A stretch of DNA of 64,000 nt from positions 1,696,001 to 1,760,000 of the forward strand of contig OZ244922.1 in NCBI GenBank assembly GCA_965221905.1. Reading direction: 5' to 3'. This stretch comes from Chloroflexota bacterium. Its GTDB lineage: Bacteria > Chloroflexota > UBA11872 > VXOZ01. Positions within the stretch are counted from its first letter, which is position 1. Each line of letters starts with the position of its first letter. Both the position numbers and the translations under genes were made by a program. Positions 49,207 through 59,011 of this stretch are shown piece by piece. The notes beneath the pieces were generated by a model, which ran no database searches, was not told the origin of the DNA, and was given only the letters and a program-made list of their open reading frames with translations.

Positions 49207-50319
49207 ATGATCCCTCGACGTGTTTCCAAGCAACTCAGAATTGGCGACGTTACGATTGGTGGCGGCGCGCCGATTCGGGTGCAATCAATGACCACCGCTT
49301 TTACGCGGGACGTGGAGGCGACCGTCGCCGAGATTCTGCGTCTGGCTGAGGCCGGATGCGAGATTGTGCGTGTGGCCGTGCCCCACAAGGAAGACGCGGA
49401 CGCACTACCGGAAATTCGCAAGCGCTCGCCGATTCCGGTGATTGCCGACATTCACTTTGACTATCGCCTGGCGCTGCGCGCCTTGGAAGCCGGTGTGGAC
49501 GGGCTGCGCTTGAATCCCGGTAACATCGGCAGCAGAGAGAAGACGCGCATGGTGGTGAAAGAGGCCAAGGACCGCCAGGTGCCGATGCGCATTGGCGTCA
49601 ACGTCGGGTCGTTGGAATCGCGCCTCATCCCTGAATTGATGATGCTCGAGGGAGATGAGAAGGTCGATAAGACGGCGGCGGCAATGGTTGAGTCTGCGCT
49701 CGATCATGTGAAGATCCTGGAAGATATGGACTTTACCGATATCAAGATTTCGCTCAAAGCGTCGGACGTGCCGACGACAGTCCTTGCTTACCAGCTCATC
49801 GCAGACCGTGTCGAATACCCCCTTCACTTGGGAATCACCGAGGCGGGAACGCCCAAAGCCGGTATGGTGAAGAGCGCCGTGGGACTTGGCATCTTGCTAA
49901 ATCAGGGCATTGGCGATACGCTGCGGGTCTCGTTGGCGGCGGAGTCCACGGAGGAAATCTTCGCCGGCTATGAGATACTCAAAGCGCTCGGCCTGCGGGA
50001 ACACGGTCCGACGCTTATTGCCTGTCCAACGTGCGGACGCTGCGAAATTGAGCTCATCGAGTTGGCGGAACGCGTTGAGAGCTTCCTGCAGAGCGTCAAG
50101 GAACCGGTGAAGGTCGCCGTGATGGGATGCGTTGTGAATGGCCCCGGCGAGGCGCGCGATGCCGACGTGGGCATTGCCGGCGGGCGCGGTAAGGGCGCCT
50201 TGTTCCGCAAGGGCAAGCCGGTGCGTAGCTGCCGCGAAGACGAGCTTTTCGATCTGCTCATCGAGGAAGTCGAGGAGATTGTGGCGCAGAAGCAGGCAGA
50301 GCGGGCCGTCGCGACTTAA
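49207..50319 (+). CDS. ispG: (E)-4-hydroxy-3-methylbut-2-enyl-diphosphate synthase
   Basis: VQSMTT, ADIHF, RLNPGNIG, HLGITEAG, CPTCGR, VMGCVVNGPGE. Confidence 0.97.
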   Translation: MIPRRVSKQLRIGDVTIGGGAPIRVQSMTTAFTRDVEATVAEILRLAEAGCEIVRVAVPHKEDADALPEIRKRSPIPVIADIHFDYRLALRALEAGVDGLRLNPGNIGSREKTRMVVKEAKDRQVPMRIGVNVGSLESRLIPELMMLEGDEKVDKTAAAMVESALDHVKILEDMDFTDIKISLKASDVPTTVLAYQLIADRVEYPLHLGITEAGTPKAGMVKSAVGLGILLNQGIGDTLRVSLAAESTEEIFAGYEILKALGLREHGPTLIACPTCGRCEIELIELAERVESFLQSVKEPVKVAVMGCVVNGPGEARDADVGIAGGRGKGALFRKGKPVRSCREDELFDLLIEEVEEIVAQKQAERAVAT

Positions 50320-50339
50320 GGGCCCGCAGGGAGTGACCA

Positions 50340-50561
50340 ATTGCAGTCCTCGATACGCACAGGGCCTTTGAGCGCTTGACTGAGGCTGGTTTCGACAAGG
50401 AAAAGGCCGAGGCCATACTGGACACTTTAGGCGAATCAGGAGAATCCCTGGCTACCAAGGTCGATCTGCGAGACCTGGAACAGCGCCTGACAATTCGCCT
50501 GGGCGGGCTTGTGGCAGCGGGTGTTGCAATCTTGGCTGTTCAGGACCTATTCACGCGATAG
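50340..50561 (+). CDS. DUF1640/CCDC90-like small coiled-coil membrane-anchored protein (ATT start or damaged start)
   Basis: AVLDTH.AFERL.EAGF...KAEAI, LATK.DL..LEQRLTIRLGG + TM. Confidence 0.65.
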   Translation: MAVLDTHRAFERLTEAGFDKEKAEAILDTLGESGESLATKVDLRDLEQRLTIRLGGLVAAGVAILAVQDLFTR

Positions 50562-50637
50562 GAGCGAATGTTACCAGCGTCCTCGCGACTGAGCACAGTT
50601 CTTACTCCTCTTTTTGATGATAGCGGAGGCACTTGAC

Positions 50638-51615
50638 ATGGCAGAGCAGGTTTACATCGGCACGGAAAAGGGCGTCTTTCGGCTCGCCCGTGAGGGAGAC
50701 AGTTGGGCCCTGCAGGCATCCGGCCTTGGCGAGCATGAAATCGAAGCGGTTGCTTCCCATCCGGATGGGAAACATGCGATTGTAGGTACACACGGCGTCG
50801 GCCTGTTCACGACCGCTGATGGCGGAGAAAGCTGGGATCCGGTTTCCGGCTGGCAGGGCAGTCCGTATATCCGCTCAATTGCCTACCATCCGCATGATCC
50901 CCAGGTCGTCCGTGTCGGTACCGAACCGGCCCGCGTGTGGTGCAGTGGGGACGGCGGCGCCACGTGGGCGGAAGAGCGCGGCTTTACCGCGCTTCCCGGC
51001 TGCGCGGAGTGGTTCCTACCCTATTCGCCGCGCGCAGGCGCCGTGCGGAAGATCATTATGCTTGACGGCGCGGATCCAGCGATTTGGGCCGCCATTGAAG
51101 TGGGCGGCCTGGCTGAGAGCTCTAACAACGGCGACACGTGGGGGATTTCGGAAACAATCGGCCAATGGGAGTATCCGACGAACGGCATTCACCCCGACGT
51201 GCACAGCATCGACATCCACCCAGGTAAGCCAAACACCATCATGGCGGCCACGGGCGGCGGCGTGTTTCGTTCGGTTGACCGTGGAGAGTCGTGGCAACAC
51301 CTCATCGATGACTACACCCGCGGCGTGTGCATCAAGGCTGACGATCCCGCTACCGTGGTCGTTGGGCCTTCCCGCCGAGTCGGGCATCTCGGACGCATGA
51401 TGGTGACCCATGACGGCGGCGATACCTGGCAGGACGCGGAGCGGAATCTCACCTTCCCCCTCGACCGCATGTGCGAACATATCATCTGCGACGCGCAAGA
51501 CGTGCTCGCCGTGGTCCTGGATGACGCGGTCTATCAGGCTGCATTCGCCGATCTCGCCTGGAAGCCGATAGGCAACGGCCTTCCGTCTCCCACCTGCGCC
51601 GCGATCATTTCCTGA
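50638..51615 (+). CDS. BNR/Asp-box beta-propeller protein
   Basis: Repeated (S/T).DGG.(S/T)W boxes; HPDVHSI. Confidence 0.8.
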   Translation: MAEQVYIGTEKGVFRLAREGDSWALQASGLGEHEIEAVASHPDGKHAIVGTHGVGLFTTADGGESWDPVSGWQGSPYIRSIAYHPHDPQVVRVGTEPARVWCSGDGGATWAEERGFTALPGCAEWFLPYSPRAGAVRKIIMLDGADPAIWAAIEVGGLAESSNNGDTWGISETIGQWEYPTNGIHPDVHSIDIHPGKPNTIMAATGGGVFRSVDRGESWQHLIDDYTRGVCIKADDPATVVVGPSRRVGHLGRMMVTHDGGDTWQDAERNLTFPLDRMCEHIICDAQDVLAVVLDDAVYQAAFADLAWKPIGNGLPSPTCAAIIS

Positions 51616-51635
51616 GTTCTCAACCGGGTCGGCAG

Positions 51636-52616
51636 CTAGGGATGCGTCGCAGCGGGACTCTCTGATTGGGAGTTTGCATCGGGACCAACCCCTCGCTGGA
51701 AGAAGCTGTTCACCGTCTCCAGGAATTTTTGGGATTCTTCCTCATGGGGGCAGTGGCCGCACTTAGGAAATACGACCAGTTCGGCATTTGCTATGTCTTG
51801 CTGAAAGCGGTAGCCCCAGTGCAAGGGAATCACGGCATCGTACTGTCCCCAAATGATGAGCGTGGGGGCGGCTATTTCTTTAAGGCGATGGGCGAGACTG
51901 GTCTGCCCAAAATCGCGGGCGAGCAGCGGGACAACTCCGCCGGATCCCGGCGTCAGCAGGGGCATGAAGTAGCCGTCGATAACGTCGGGCGTACACATGC
52001 GGTCCGGATCGTAGTAACAACTGCGTAAGTACAATTTTGCGAGGCTTCGCTGGCGCAGCAAGAATGCTGCAACCGTACTGCCAATGGGCGCGCTTGCGAA
52101 TCGGATGAGCAGCGGCATGATATGGTAGTTTAGGGTATAGCCTGCGGCGCTAATCAGCACCAAGCGCTCAACGCGCGAGGGATGCCTGATGGCAAGCGCA
52201 GCACCAATCGCGCCGCCCATGGACAAGCCGATGATCTTGGTGGAATCGATCGCCATGGCATCCATGAATTGCGCCATCAGGTCGGCCATTCCGAATGGGG
52301 AGTAGTCGCCGGTACTTGGCTTATCCGAGAGCCCGTGTCCCTTGAGATCGAGCGCATAGACCGTGTATTCGCGGGCGAGTTGGTCGAAGACGAGACGCCA
52401 GGCGAAGATATTGGCGCCGATCCCGTGAATGAGAATCAGCGGCGGGCCCGAACCGGCCGCGCGGTAATGTATTTGCAGGCCCTCTACCGTGACGAATTGA
52501 CCGTCAGTGCGCAATGCCTCCACAGGTATCGGGCGCGGCTTTAGGCGCGTATAGGCCACGTAGGCAGCCACAGCGGCGGCTGCCATGATGAAGCCGCGTC
52601 TCAGCCATTTGAGCAT
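51636..52616 (-). CDS. Alpha/beta fold hydrolase, N-terminal anchor
   Basis: IHG, DLKGHG.S, GLSMGG, WGQYD, GHCPHEE. Confidence 0.92.
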   Translation of the reverse strand: MLKWLRRGFIMAAAAVAAYVAYTRLKPRPIPVEALRTDGQFVTVEGLQIHYRAAGSGPPLILIHGIGANIFAWRLVFDQLAREYTVYALDLKGHGLSDKPSTGDYSPFGMADLMAQFMDAMAIDSTKIIGLSMGGAIGAALAIRHPSRVERLVLISAAGYTLNYHIMPLLIRFASAPIGSTVAAFLLRQRSLAKLYLRSCYYDPDRMCTPDVIDGYFMPLLTPGSGGVVPLLARDFGQTSLAHRLKEIAAPTLIIWGQYDAVIPLHWGYRFQQDIANAELVVFPKCGHCPHEEESQKFLETVNSFFQRGVGPDANSQSESPAATHP

Positions 52617-52799
52617 TGCGCCAATCCTCTCAATGTCTCGTCAGCGAGCAGTCGATCGTCAATTCCCTACAACGGTGGGTAAAACGAATGGGGCATCCGC
52701 CAGCCACTCGTTTCACTTAGCGCGCTTAACCTTATGGTACATTAAAGAACGCGGCTAATCTGTCGCGTTCTTTGTTTTCCTCTGCAGAGGGCACTCTTC

Positions 52800-53720
52800 A
52801 TGGCAAAAGCTGAATCTGAATTCTGTGTGCGCGTACCGGCCACTACTGCCAACTTAGGGCCGGGATTCGACGCCTTTGGCATGGCGCTCACGGTCTACAA
52901 CGAGTTTACCGTGCGACCGGCGGAGAGTGGTCTCAAGATTACGATTGAGGGTGAAGGCGTTACGGAACTGCCGTGTGATGAAGAAAATCTCTTTGTACAG
53001 GCTTTCACAAGTGTTTTTGAGGCGGCCGACACAACGCCACCTCCGATCAATCTGCACATGCAGAACAGCATCCCCCTCTTTCGAGGGTTGGGTAGCAGCG
53101 CCAGCGCCACCGTCGGCGGCCTGGTGGCGGCCAATTACATAATGGGAAATGCGCTTTCATCGGAACGGCTGCTGCAACTAGCCTGTGAACGAGAAGGCCA
53201 CCCAGACAACGTGGCGGCCGCCTTGTTTGGCGGCCTAATAGTATGCGCTGCGGAGGACGGCGGCCTGCCGACCTATGCCCGCGTTCCCGTGCCGCGCAAC
53301 CTTCACGCCGTGGTCTGCGTGCCGGACCAGCACTTGCCCACGGCGCTTGCACGCAAGGTGGTGCCCAAAGAGGTGCACCTGAGCGACGCTGTTTTCAATA
53401 TCGGTCGCGCCGCGTTGCTGCTCACGGGGATCATGCAGGCCGATGAAGACCTGATCCGCATCGGCATGAACGATCGCTTGCATCAGCCCTACCGCGCCGC
53501 TATTTTCCCCGCCATGCGACCCATCATGGACACAGCCCTCGCAGCAGGCGCGTGCGGCAGCGCGCTCTCCGGCGCCGGATCGTCAATTCTCGCGCTGACC
53601 TTCCGGGATCCGGAAGCCATCGGGGATGCAATGGTCGCTGCCGCCCTCGCACACGACGCGCCCGCGCACTCTCTCATACTCTCCTGCGCGGAGCATGGCG
53701 CCGTTGCTGAGCCCCTTTGA
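52800..53720 (+). CDS. thrB: Homoserine kinase
   Basis: VPATTANLGPGFD, RGLGSSA, EGHPDN, DRLHQPYR, LSGAGS. Confidence 0.96.
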   Translation: MAKAESEFCVRVPATTANLGPGFDAFGMALTVYNEFTVRPAESGLKITIEGEGVTELPCDEENLFVQAFTSVFEAADTTPPPINLHMQNSIPLFRGLGSSASATVGGLVAANYIMGNALSSERLLQLACEREGHPDNVAAALFGGLIVCAAEDGGLPTYARVPVPRNLHAVVCVPDQHLPTALARKVVPKEVHLSDAVFNIGRAALLLTGIMQADEDLIRIGMNDRLHQPYRAAIFPAMRPIMDTALAAGACGSALSGAGSSILALTFRDPEAIGDAMVAAALAHDAPAHSLILSCAEHGAVAEPL

Positions 53721-53806
53721 TCCCAGGATTGGGCCGAGCTTCGGACGGTTGGCCGGACGGCGCGTTCGGAGTGCGGTTCGCATCGAGCATGAGCGCGAAG
53801 TGCCGT

Positions 53807-55582
53807 CTAATCGACCCGCAGCGGCACCATTGCAAAGGCATCCACGTCCACGAGGCCGCGATTGGTAATCTTGAGTTGGGGGATGACCGGCAGGGCGAGA
53901 AACGAGAGCAGCAGAAAGATATTCCGGCTCGTCGTACCGGTAAGCTTAGCGGCGGCCAACAGGGCTTGATACTGCCTCACGACCGAATCAATCTTTTCTG
54001 TTGACATAAGTCCGCCAATGGCCAAGGGCAGGGCGGTCACCTGATCTGCAATGGCTATAGCCATGCCGCCGCCGATTGCAATCAAGTGATTAGCGGCTGC
54101 CGCCATTGCCTGTTCGTCTGCGCCGGCCACCATGAGGTTGTGGCTGTCGTGACCCACCGTGGACGCGACCGCGCCCTGCAGCAAGCCAAGCCCACTGACG
54201 AAGCCGACAGCATGCGTGCCCGTGTGGTGGTGGCGCTCGATCACGGCGATCTTTGCCGTATCCTGTGAGGGGTCGGTTCCGATCTCGCCGTCATGCACAG
54301 GGAGAAAAAGGACCTTGTTCTCCGTAGTTAGACTCCCGTCCTTCGCACCGATGACGCGTGTGGCCGCCTCATTCTCCGGCCCGCCATAGGGAACGGCGAA
54401 GTCGGACGCCTTCAGAGGCTGCTTGACCGCTACGGAATCCAAGAGCCCGCCGTAATCGCTTGCCGTTGAGCGCCGCTCTATGTCGCCGTTGGCGACGACC
54501 ACCTCGCCGCGCCGTAGCACGGTTGAACACTTAAGTGTCTCCAATGATTCAAGAATTGCCAAATTGGCGATCTTGCCGGGCGCAATTTCTCCCATCTCAG
54601 CGTAGCCGTGGTGACGGAAGAAGCGTGAGAAGTAGCGGGCTGGGTGAAGGGTCGCCATGGCAATTGCCTGGATCGCAGCCTGCTCCGCGTCGAAATTCCC
54701 GTGCTGCGCGAGGATGTCCCGCGCGCGGCGTACAATACGGTCCACGTGGCCGTGCTCGTGAAGCTCCTCCGCATCCAGATCGTCGCTGCAGAGCATGAAG
54801 CCTTCCAGATGGACCCCCTGCTCCGCCAGGAAGGGCAGAATCTGATCCAGATCTTTCGTGGCACTGCCATAGCGAATGGCGACGTTCATGCCTGCCTGGC
54901 GCTTCTCTAGGGCCTCTTCACCCGTGCGCGACTCATGGTCGGACATAATCCTGACCGTGCCGTCGTCCTTGCCGTTGGTGACGTAAAGGGCAAGGTCATT
55001 TCCCGAAACGCCCGGCGCGTGGCCGTCGACGACCTTACCCAGGTTGTAGGCGCTCTCCACTTTGGCGCGGGCATCTCCCAAGTCATGGATAATACCGGGA
55101 AAGTTCATCATTTCGGCCAACCCATAGACGCGTGGGTGAATTAGAAGCTCCTGGATGTCGGCGAGGGACAATTCTGCCCCCGTGTCCTCGAAAGCGGTAG
55201 CCGGCACGCACGAGGGGACGCCGATGAAAATATCGAGGGGAGTTGTTTCTGCGTGGCGCAAGAAGAGAGCAATACCCTCTTTGCCGGCCACGTTGGCTAT
55301 TTCGTGCGGATCAACGAAGACGGCGGTGGTGCCGCGCCGCACGGCGGCCTGAGCGAATTCCAACGGACTGAGCAGACTGCTCTCAATGTGAAGGTGTGGA
55401 TCGATGAATCCCGGAATTACGTACTGGCCCGTAATGTCAAGCGTTTCCGCCGCCCCCGCGGTTGTGGGCGTGCGCTCTATGCTATGGATCAGCCCGTTCT
55501 TGATGCGCACGTCGCCCGCGTAGCAGCGCTTTGCTGCCACGTCAACGATGGTGCCGTCCCGCAGTACCAGGTCAACGCTCAT
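53807..55582 (-). CDS. ade: Adenine deaminase
   Basis: PGFIDPHLHIESS, DPHEIANV, AEMMNFP, DGHAP, SDHE, HDSHN. Confidence 0.95.
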   Translation of the reverse strand: MSVDLVLRDGTIVDVAAKRCYAGDVRIKNGLIHSIERTPTTAGAAETLDITGQYVIPGFIDPHLHIESSLLSPLEFAQAAVRRGTTAVFVDPHEIANVAGKEGIALFLRHAETTPLDIFIGVPSCVPATAFEDTGAELSLADIQELLIHPRVYGLAEMMNFPGIIHDLGDARAKVESAYNLGKVVDGHAPGVSGNDLALYVTNGKDDGTVRIMSDHESRTGEEALEKRQAGMNVAIRYGSATKDLDQILPFLAEQGVHLEGFMLCSDDLDAEELHEHGHVDRIVRRARDILAQHGNFDAEQAAIQAIAMATLHPARYFSRFFRHHGYAEMGEIAPGKIANLAILESLETLKCSTVLRRGEVVVANGDIERRSTASDYGGLLDSVAVKQPLKASDFAVPYGGPENEAATRVIGAKDGSLTTENKVLFLPVHDGEIGTDPSQDTAKIAVIERHHHTGTHAVGFVSGLGLLQGAVASTVGHDSHNLMVAGADEQAMAAAANHLIAIGGGMAIAIADQVTALPLAIGGLMSTEKIDSVVRQYQALLAAAKLTGTTSRNIFLLLSFLALPVIPQLKITNRGLVDVDAFAMVPLRVD

Positions 55583-56253
55583 CCCTCTACTTTTCCTGTG
55601 TAGAGCTGCTCTCGTACCGTAACGATGTACGGCAGCATGCGGAAGTCCTCGCTCGCGTCGGTGCCGTAGCCCGCTACCCAGCGGTCCGGCACGTCAAAGC
55701 CGACGAAATCGAGAGACAAGGAGGCGCGATTGCGCGCCACTGCTGGCGAGGGTTGTTTGAGGCGTTTGGATAGCAGGGCGCAAATGCGCACCGAGCGGAC
55801 GCCTGCCTTGAGGACGCGCTGTATTAGGGTAGTCAACGTGTACCCTTGGTCGATCAGGTCTTCGACCAAGAGCACGTCTTTGCCTGCCAAGTCTGCGGGC
55901 AGCCTTGCCACGCTTACCTCGCGGGCATCTTCATTCTGCTGCTTGATGGTATGACCGTAGGCGCTGGTGCGAATGAACTCATAGCGAAATTCCAGTCCGC
56001 CAAGTCGAGAGATCGCACGGCCGAGGTCGGCCGCAAAGACGAATGCGCCTTTCAGGACCACCAGCAGAATGAGCTCGTCGCAATCGGCGCAACCGTCGTG
56101 AATCTGCTGCGCCAGTCCCGCCACCCGGTCTTGCAACACCCATTCGGGAATGAGGATGCAGTCAACTCTATCCGCCATGCTCGCCGGCAGTAGGTCCTCA
56201 TGCTCGGTAGCCAGCCCACCCTCCGGTACCGTGATGATTCGATCAAAGCGCAT
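55579..56253 (-). CDS. hpt: Hypoxanthine-guanine phosphoribosyltransferase
   Basis: VLKGAFVFAADL, LLVEDLIDQGYTL, WVAGYG.D....R.LPYI. Confidence 0.88.
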   Translation of the reverse strand: MRFDRIITVPEGGLATEHEDLLPASMADRVDCILIPEWVLQDRVAGLAQQIHDGCADCDELILLVVLKGAFVFAADLGRAISRLGGLEFRYEFIRTSAYGHTIKQQNEDAREVSVARLPADLAGKDVLLVEDLIDQGYTLTTLIQRVLKAGVRSVRICALLSKRLKQPSPAVARNRASLSLDFVGFDVPDRWVAGYGTDASEDFRMLPYIVTVREQLYTGKVEG

Positions 56254-56304
56254 GGCGGTCTGTTTTTCTTCTCACAGGTGATTTGGGCGCCGGGACATAC
56301 GTTG

Positions 56305-57642
56305 CTATGCCCTCCCGGCTGCCGTCTCGCGGGCGAGTTCCACGGCGGTATTCACGAAAAGGATCTCGGCTTCACCGCTGTAGCCTGCCGGAGACTGCGA
56401 CCCGTGGCGGTAAGCGTTCACCTCGTAGCCGCCGCGCGGGATTTCGTTTGCCGTCGGCACGTAGCCGATCATGCCGTTGGCAAGCTCAACGTGCAGGGCT
56501 TCCAGACCCAGTTCGTTCTTCACGCGCTCTTTGACGGCCAAACCGAATTCAAGGAAGACTTCACCGGGAAAGCTGGCGAAGACGAGATTGCCGACGCGGA
56601 TGACTTGGATTTCCGCTTTGGGCTCGTGGTTGGCGGTGCCGGACTCGAGTTCGGCGATGCGATTGCGCAGCCACTTCATAGAGTCTCGGCTGATGCCCCC
56701 TTGCGTGTCCGGCCAGACTTCCGTTTCAAGCGCCTCCTTGAAGAACGAGACATCGGGGACCTCGCGTATCGGCACCGTGACGACGCGCTGCGCCACGGCA
56801 ACGCCTTCCAGCGGCGCGCAATCGATGGACTCCCGCACATTCACGACCTCAGCGCCAAGGCCGCGCCAGACGCTCTCGAGTTCGTCAAAGGTAGCCGAAC
56901 GGAAGCGGCTGCCGTCACTGGTGAATCCGGGTCGAATATTGCCGCAGCAACCCAATAAGAAGGCCGCGGTGTGACCACTGCCGTAGGTTTGCTCGACAAA
57001 CGTCTTCGCTCCGCCCGCGTAGTCGGCGCTAAACGCGTAGTTTGAGCCGCCCATGCTCGTCGAATGGCAGGCGTAGTGGAAAGCCGTGGCGAGCGGCGTG
57101 CCGTCTTCCGCGTCGAAGCGGAGCACGGCAACGGTGTGATCGACGACGCCGTCAGGATTGACGCGCATTTCCGTTTTGCCGTCAGTTGTCAGGCGACGGT
57201 TGACCGCAAGGGGGAATGTGCCGGCGCCTAGCCCGGCCACTACGGTCTGCAGCCGTCCGTTCGCTACCTGCACGCCGCCCGCCAGCTTGCGCTCAAGTTC
57301 GCGCATATAGGCGTTGTTGAAGGGAGCATCGTAGCGCCACTCCCGCGTCGACGGCCCGGAGTGGGTGTGGGAGCACGTGATCATGACGTGACTACCCGGT
57401 ATATCCGTCTGCTCCTCTACCAGGCTGCGCACCGCGGCGGTGCTCTCCTCAGTGATACCGACGAGATCGCACGTGACGATGGCGGCTTTTGTCTCACCAT
57501 CGGAAAAGACCAATACCTTGGCATAGAGGTCGTCATGAATGTCCGTCGCGCCGTGGTCGCGGCCGCCGTAGCCTCCCATCCACGTACCTACCGACGGTGT
57601 GATGTTGATGCTCGCGGATCCTAACTGCACTGGATTCGCCAT
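56305..57642 (-). CDS. Neutral/alkaline ceramidase N-terminal-domain family protein
   Basis: ITP....MGGY, HDDL, SHTHSGP, VNRR, YACHST, SADY, PGE.F, GYVP. Confidence 0.8.
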   Translation of the reverse strand: MANPVQLGSASINITPSVGTWMGGYGGRDHGATDIHDDLYAKVLVFSDGETKAAIVTCDLVGITEESTAAVRSLVEEQTDIPGSHVMITCSHTHSGPSTREWRYDAPFNNAYMRELERKLAGGVQVANGRLQTVVAGLGAGTFPLAVNRRLTTDGKTEMRVNPDGVVDHTVAVLRFDAEDGTPLATAFHYACHSTSMGGSNYAFSADYAGGAKTFVEQTYGSGHTAAFLLGCCGNIRPGFTSDGSRFRSATFDELESVWRGLGAEVVNVRESIDCAPLEGVAVAQRVVTVPIREVPDVSFFKEALETEVWPDTQGGISRDSMKWLRNRIAELESGTANHEPKAEIQVIRVGNLVFASFPGEVFLEFGLAVKERVKNELGLEALHVELANGMIGYVPTANEIPRGGYEVNAYRHGSQSPAGYSGEAEILFVNTAVELARETAAGRA

Positions 57643-57705
57643 GATTGCCGCTCCTTATCTGCATGCTCTTGCTCAGCCGAAACTGTAATAATTCCAATCC
57701 TGTTC

Positions 57706-58857
57706 CTAGTTTGCAGGATTTTCCCTCGCGGTGCCAGTGAAGGTGAGCTCGTGGGACGAATCGAAGAATCCCGCCACGTTCGCGGCGCTTCTTTCAATTG
57801 CCTTGCGCTGGCGGTTGGTGAGTCTGCCAAAAGGCTCCATTGTGATGCGTAAACTTCCTGCGCGCTTCTTGTACGACCACACTCCGGCAACGCGGCCATT
57901 GATCAACACCACCGGGGAAATCCAGCCGGCGGCGCGGTAGACGCGTTTGTAGTGAGCATCGTCCACAAGATGCGATTTACTGCGATGGCCGAGCAGATAG
58001 ACGTCGAAGTGAGGCAGCAGGCGCACATCATCCACAACCGGCGACGCGTCGGCAAGTGCTGCAAAGTCGCGTTTGAGGACGGCGGCCGGACTTCCTTCAA
58101 CCGTAACCGTGCGCATTTGATCTTGCTGCCTTCGCCAGATCTGCCTCGCATCCGTAACTGCCATGCCTGCCCAAGCGGCAAAGTCTTGCACCGTGGCGGG
58201 ACCGTAGGCCTGAAGGTAGCGTCGTAAGAGCGAGTTTTCAGCCTCCCGCCCGGGAATGTCATCCCATTCAGGCAGCCATCGGTCGCGCCGCACGAACGTG
58301 GCTTCTTGTCCTTGGTTTGGGCCAAGGCAGAGGTCGCCTTGCAGGCAAACATACTTGCCTAACCCACCCCAGCCGTGCTCGATCAACTCCTGTATCTGCG
58401 GAGCATCTTCGTGCAGTCGTGGTGAAAGCGCCTGTGAGAGCTGGCGGCGCGTGAGCGGGCCATCACTCAAGGCTTCTAGGATAGCATCTGCCATTGCCGC
58501 GATTGCTTGTCCATCGAGGCCATACTGCGCCATCCAGCGTTGTTCTTGTTTCAAGCGGTAAGGCTTCAGCGCGGCTATATAGAGCGGGAGCTCGCGCGCA
58601 GGGAGCAAGTGAAGCGTACCGCGCATACTCCAGACTTTCACCAATTCGCGGTCCTGCCACAAGGCGCGCTCAATCTCGGAGACGGCAACTCCGTTGCTCC
58701 GTGCTCGCAATGCCAATTGCGCGGCGGACATGACCTGGGCTTGTATGCCGCATGTACCGCTAACGACCTCAAGCAAGTCTTCAGGCCGGTCGGGCTGCCC
58801 GAGGAAGTGGCGTTGGAGGCGAAAGGCATGTACTTGCGACCACGTAAAGTCACTCAT
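57706..58857 (-). CDS. HTH_42 winged-helix DNA glycosylase, AlkZ-like
   Basis: GIQAQ (QxQ), WSMRGTLH, YL.AYGPAT.QDFA.W.G, LLP.FD.Y. Confidence 0.88.
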   Translation of the reverse strand: MSDFTWSQVHAFRLQRHFLGQPDRPEDLLEVVSGTCGIQAQVMSAAQLALRARSNGVAVSEIERALWQDRELVKVWSMRGTLHLLPARELPLYIAALKPYRLKQEQRWMAQYGLDGQAIAAMADAILEALSDGPLTRRQLSQALSPRLHEDAPQIQELIEHGWGGLGKYVCLQGDLCLGPNQGQEATFVRRDRWLPEWDDIPGREAENSLLRRYLQAYGPATVQDFAAWAGMAVTDARQIWRRQQDQMRTVTVEGSPAAVLKRDFAALADASPVVDDVRLLPHFDVYLLGHRSKSHLVDDAHYKRVYRAAGWISPVVLINGRVAGVWSYKKRAGSLRITMEPFGRLTNRQRKAIERSAANVAGFFDSSHELTFTGTARENPAN

Positions 58858-58908
58858 CTCCCGCTGCCTGTGTCAAGAGGGGCGAATGTGTTCAAGGGGT
58901 GTTTTAAA

Positions 58909-58945
58909 AAAAGCTACGTGCCGGCAAAGGCGGCACGTAGCTTTT
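58909..58945 (-). terminator. Intrinsic terminator
   Basis: AAAAGCTACGTGCCG-N7-CGGCACGTAGCTTTT with T-tract on the minus strand, downstream of 59012-60997. Confidence 0.8.
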
Positions 58946-59011
58946 CATCTATCCCGATGTAGAGCGTCCCGATGTAGAGCTCCCTGCAAAGATTCAAGAA
59001 GCCGCAATCAT

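Noticed and set aside
58952-58984. 15-bp tandem duplication TCCCGATGTAGAGC(G)
   Set aside because: Two copies only, intergenic; likely slippage
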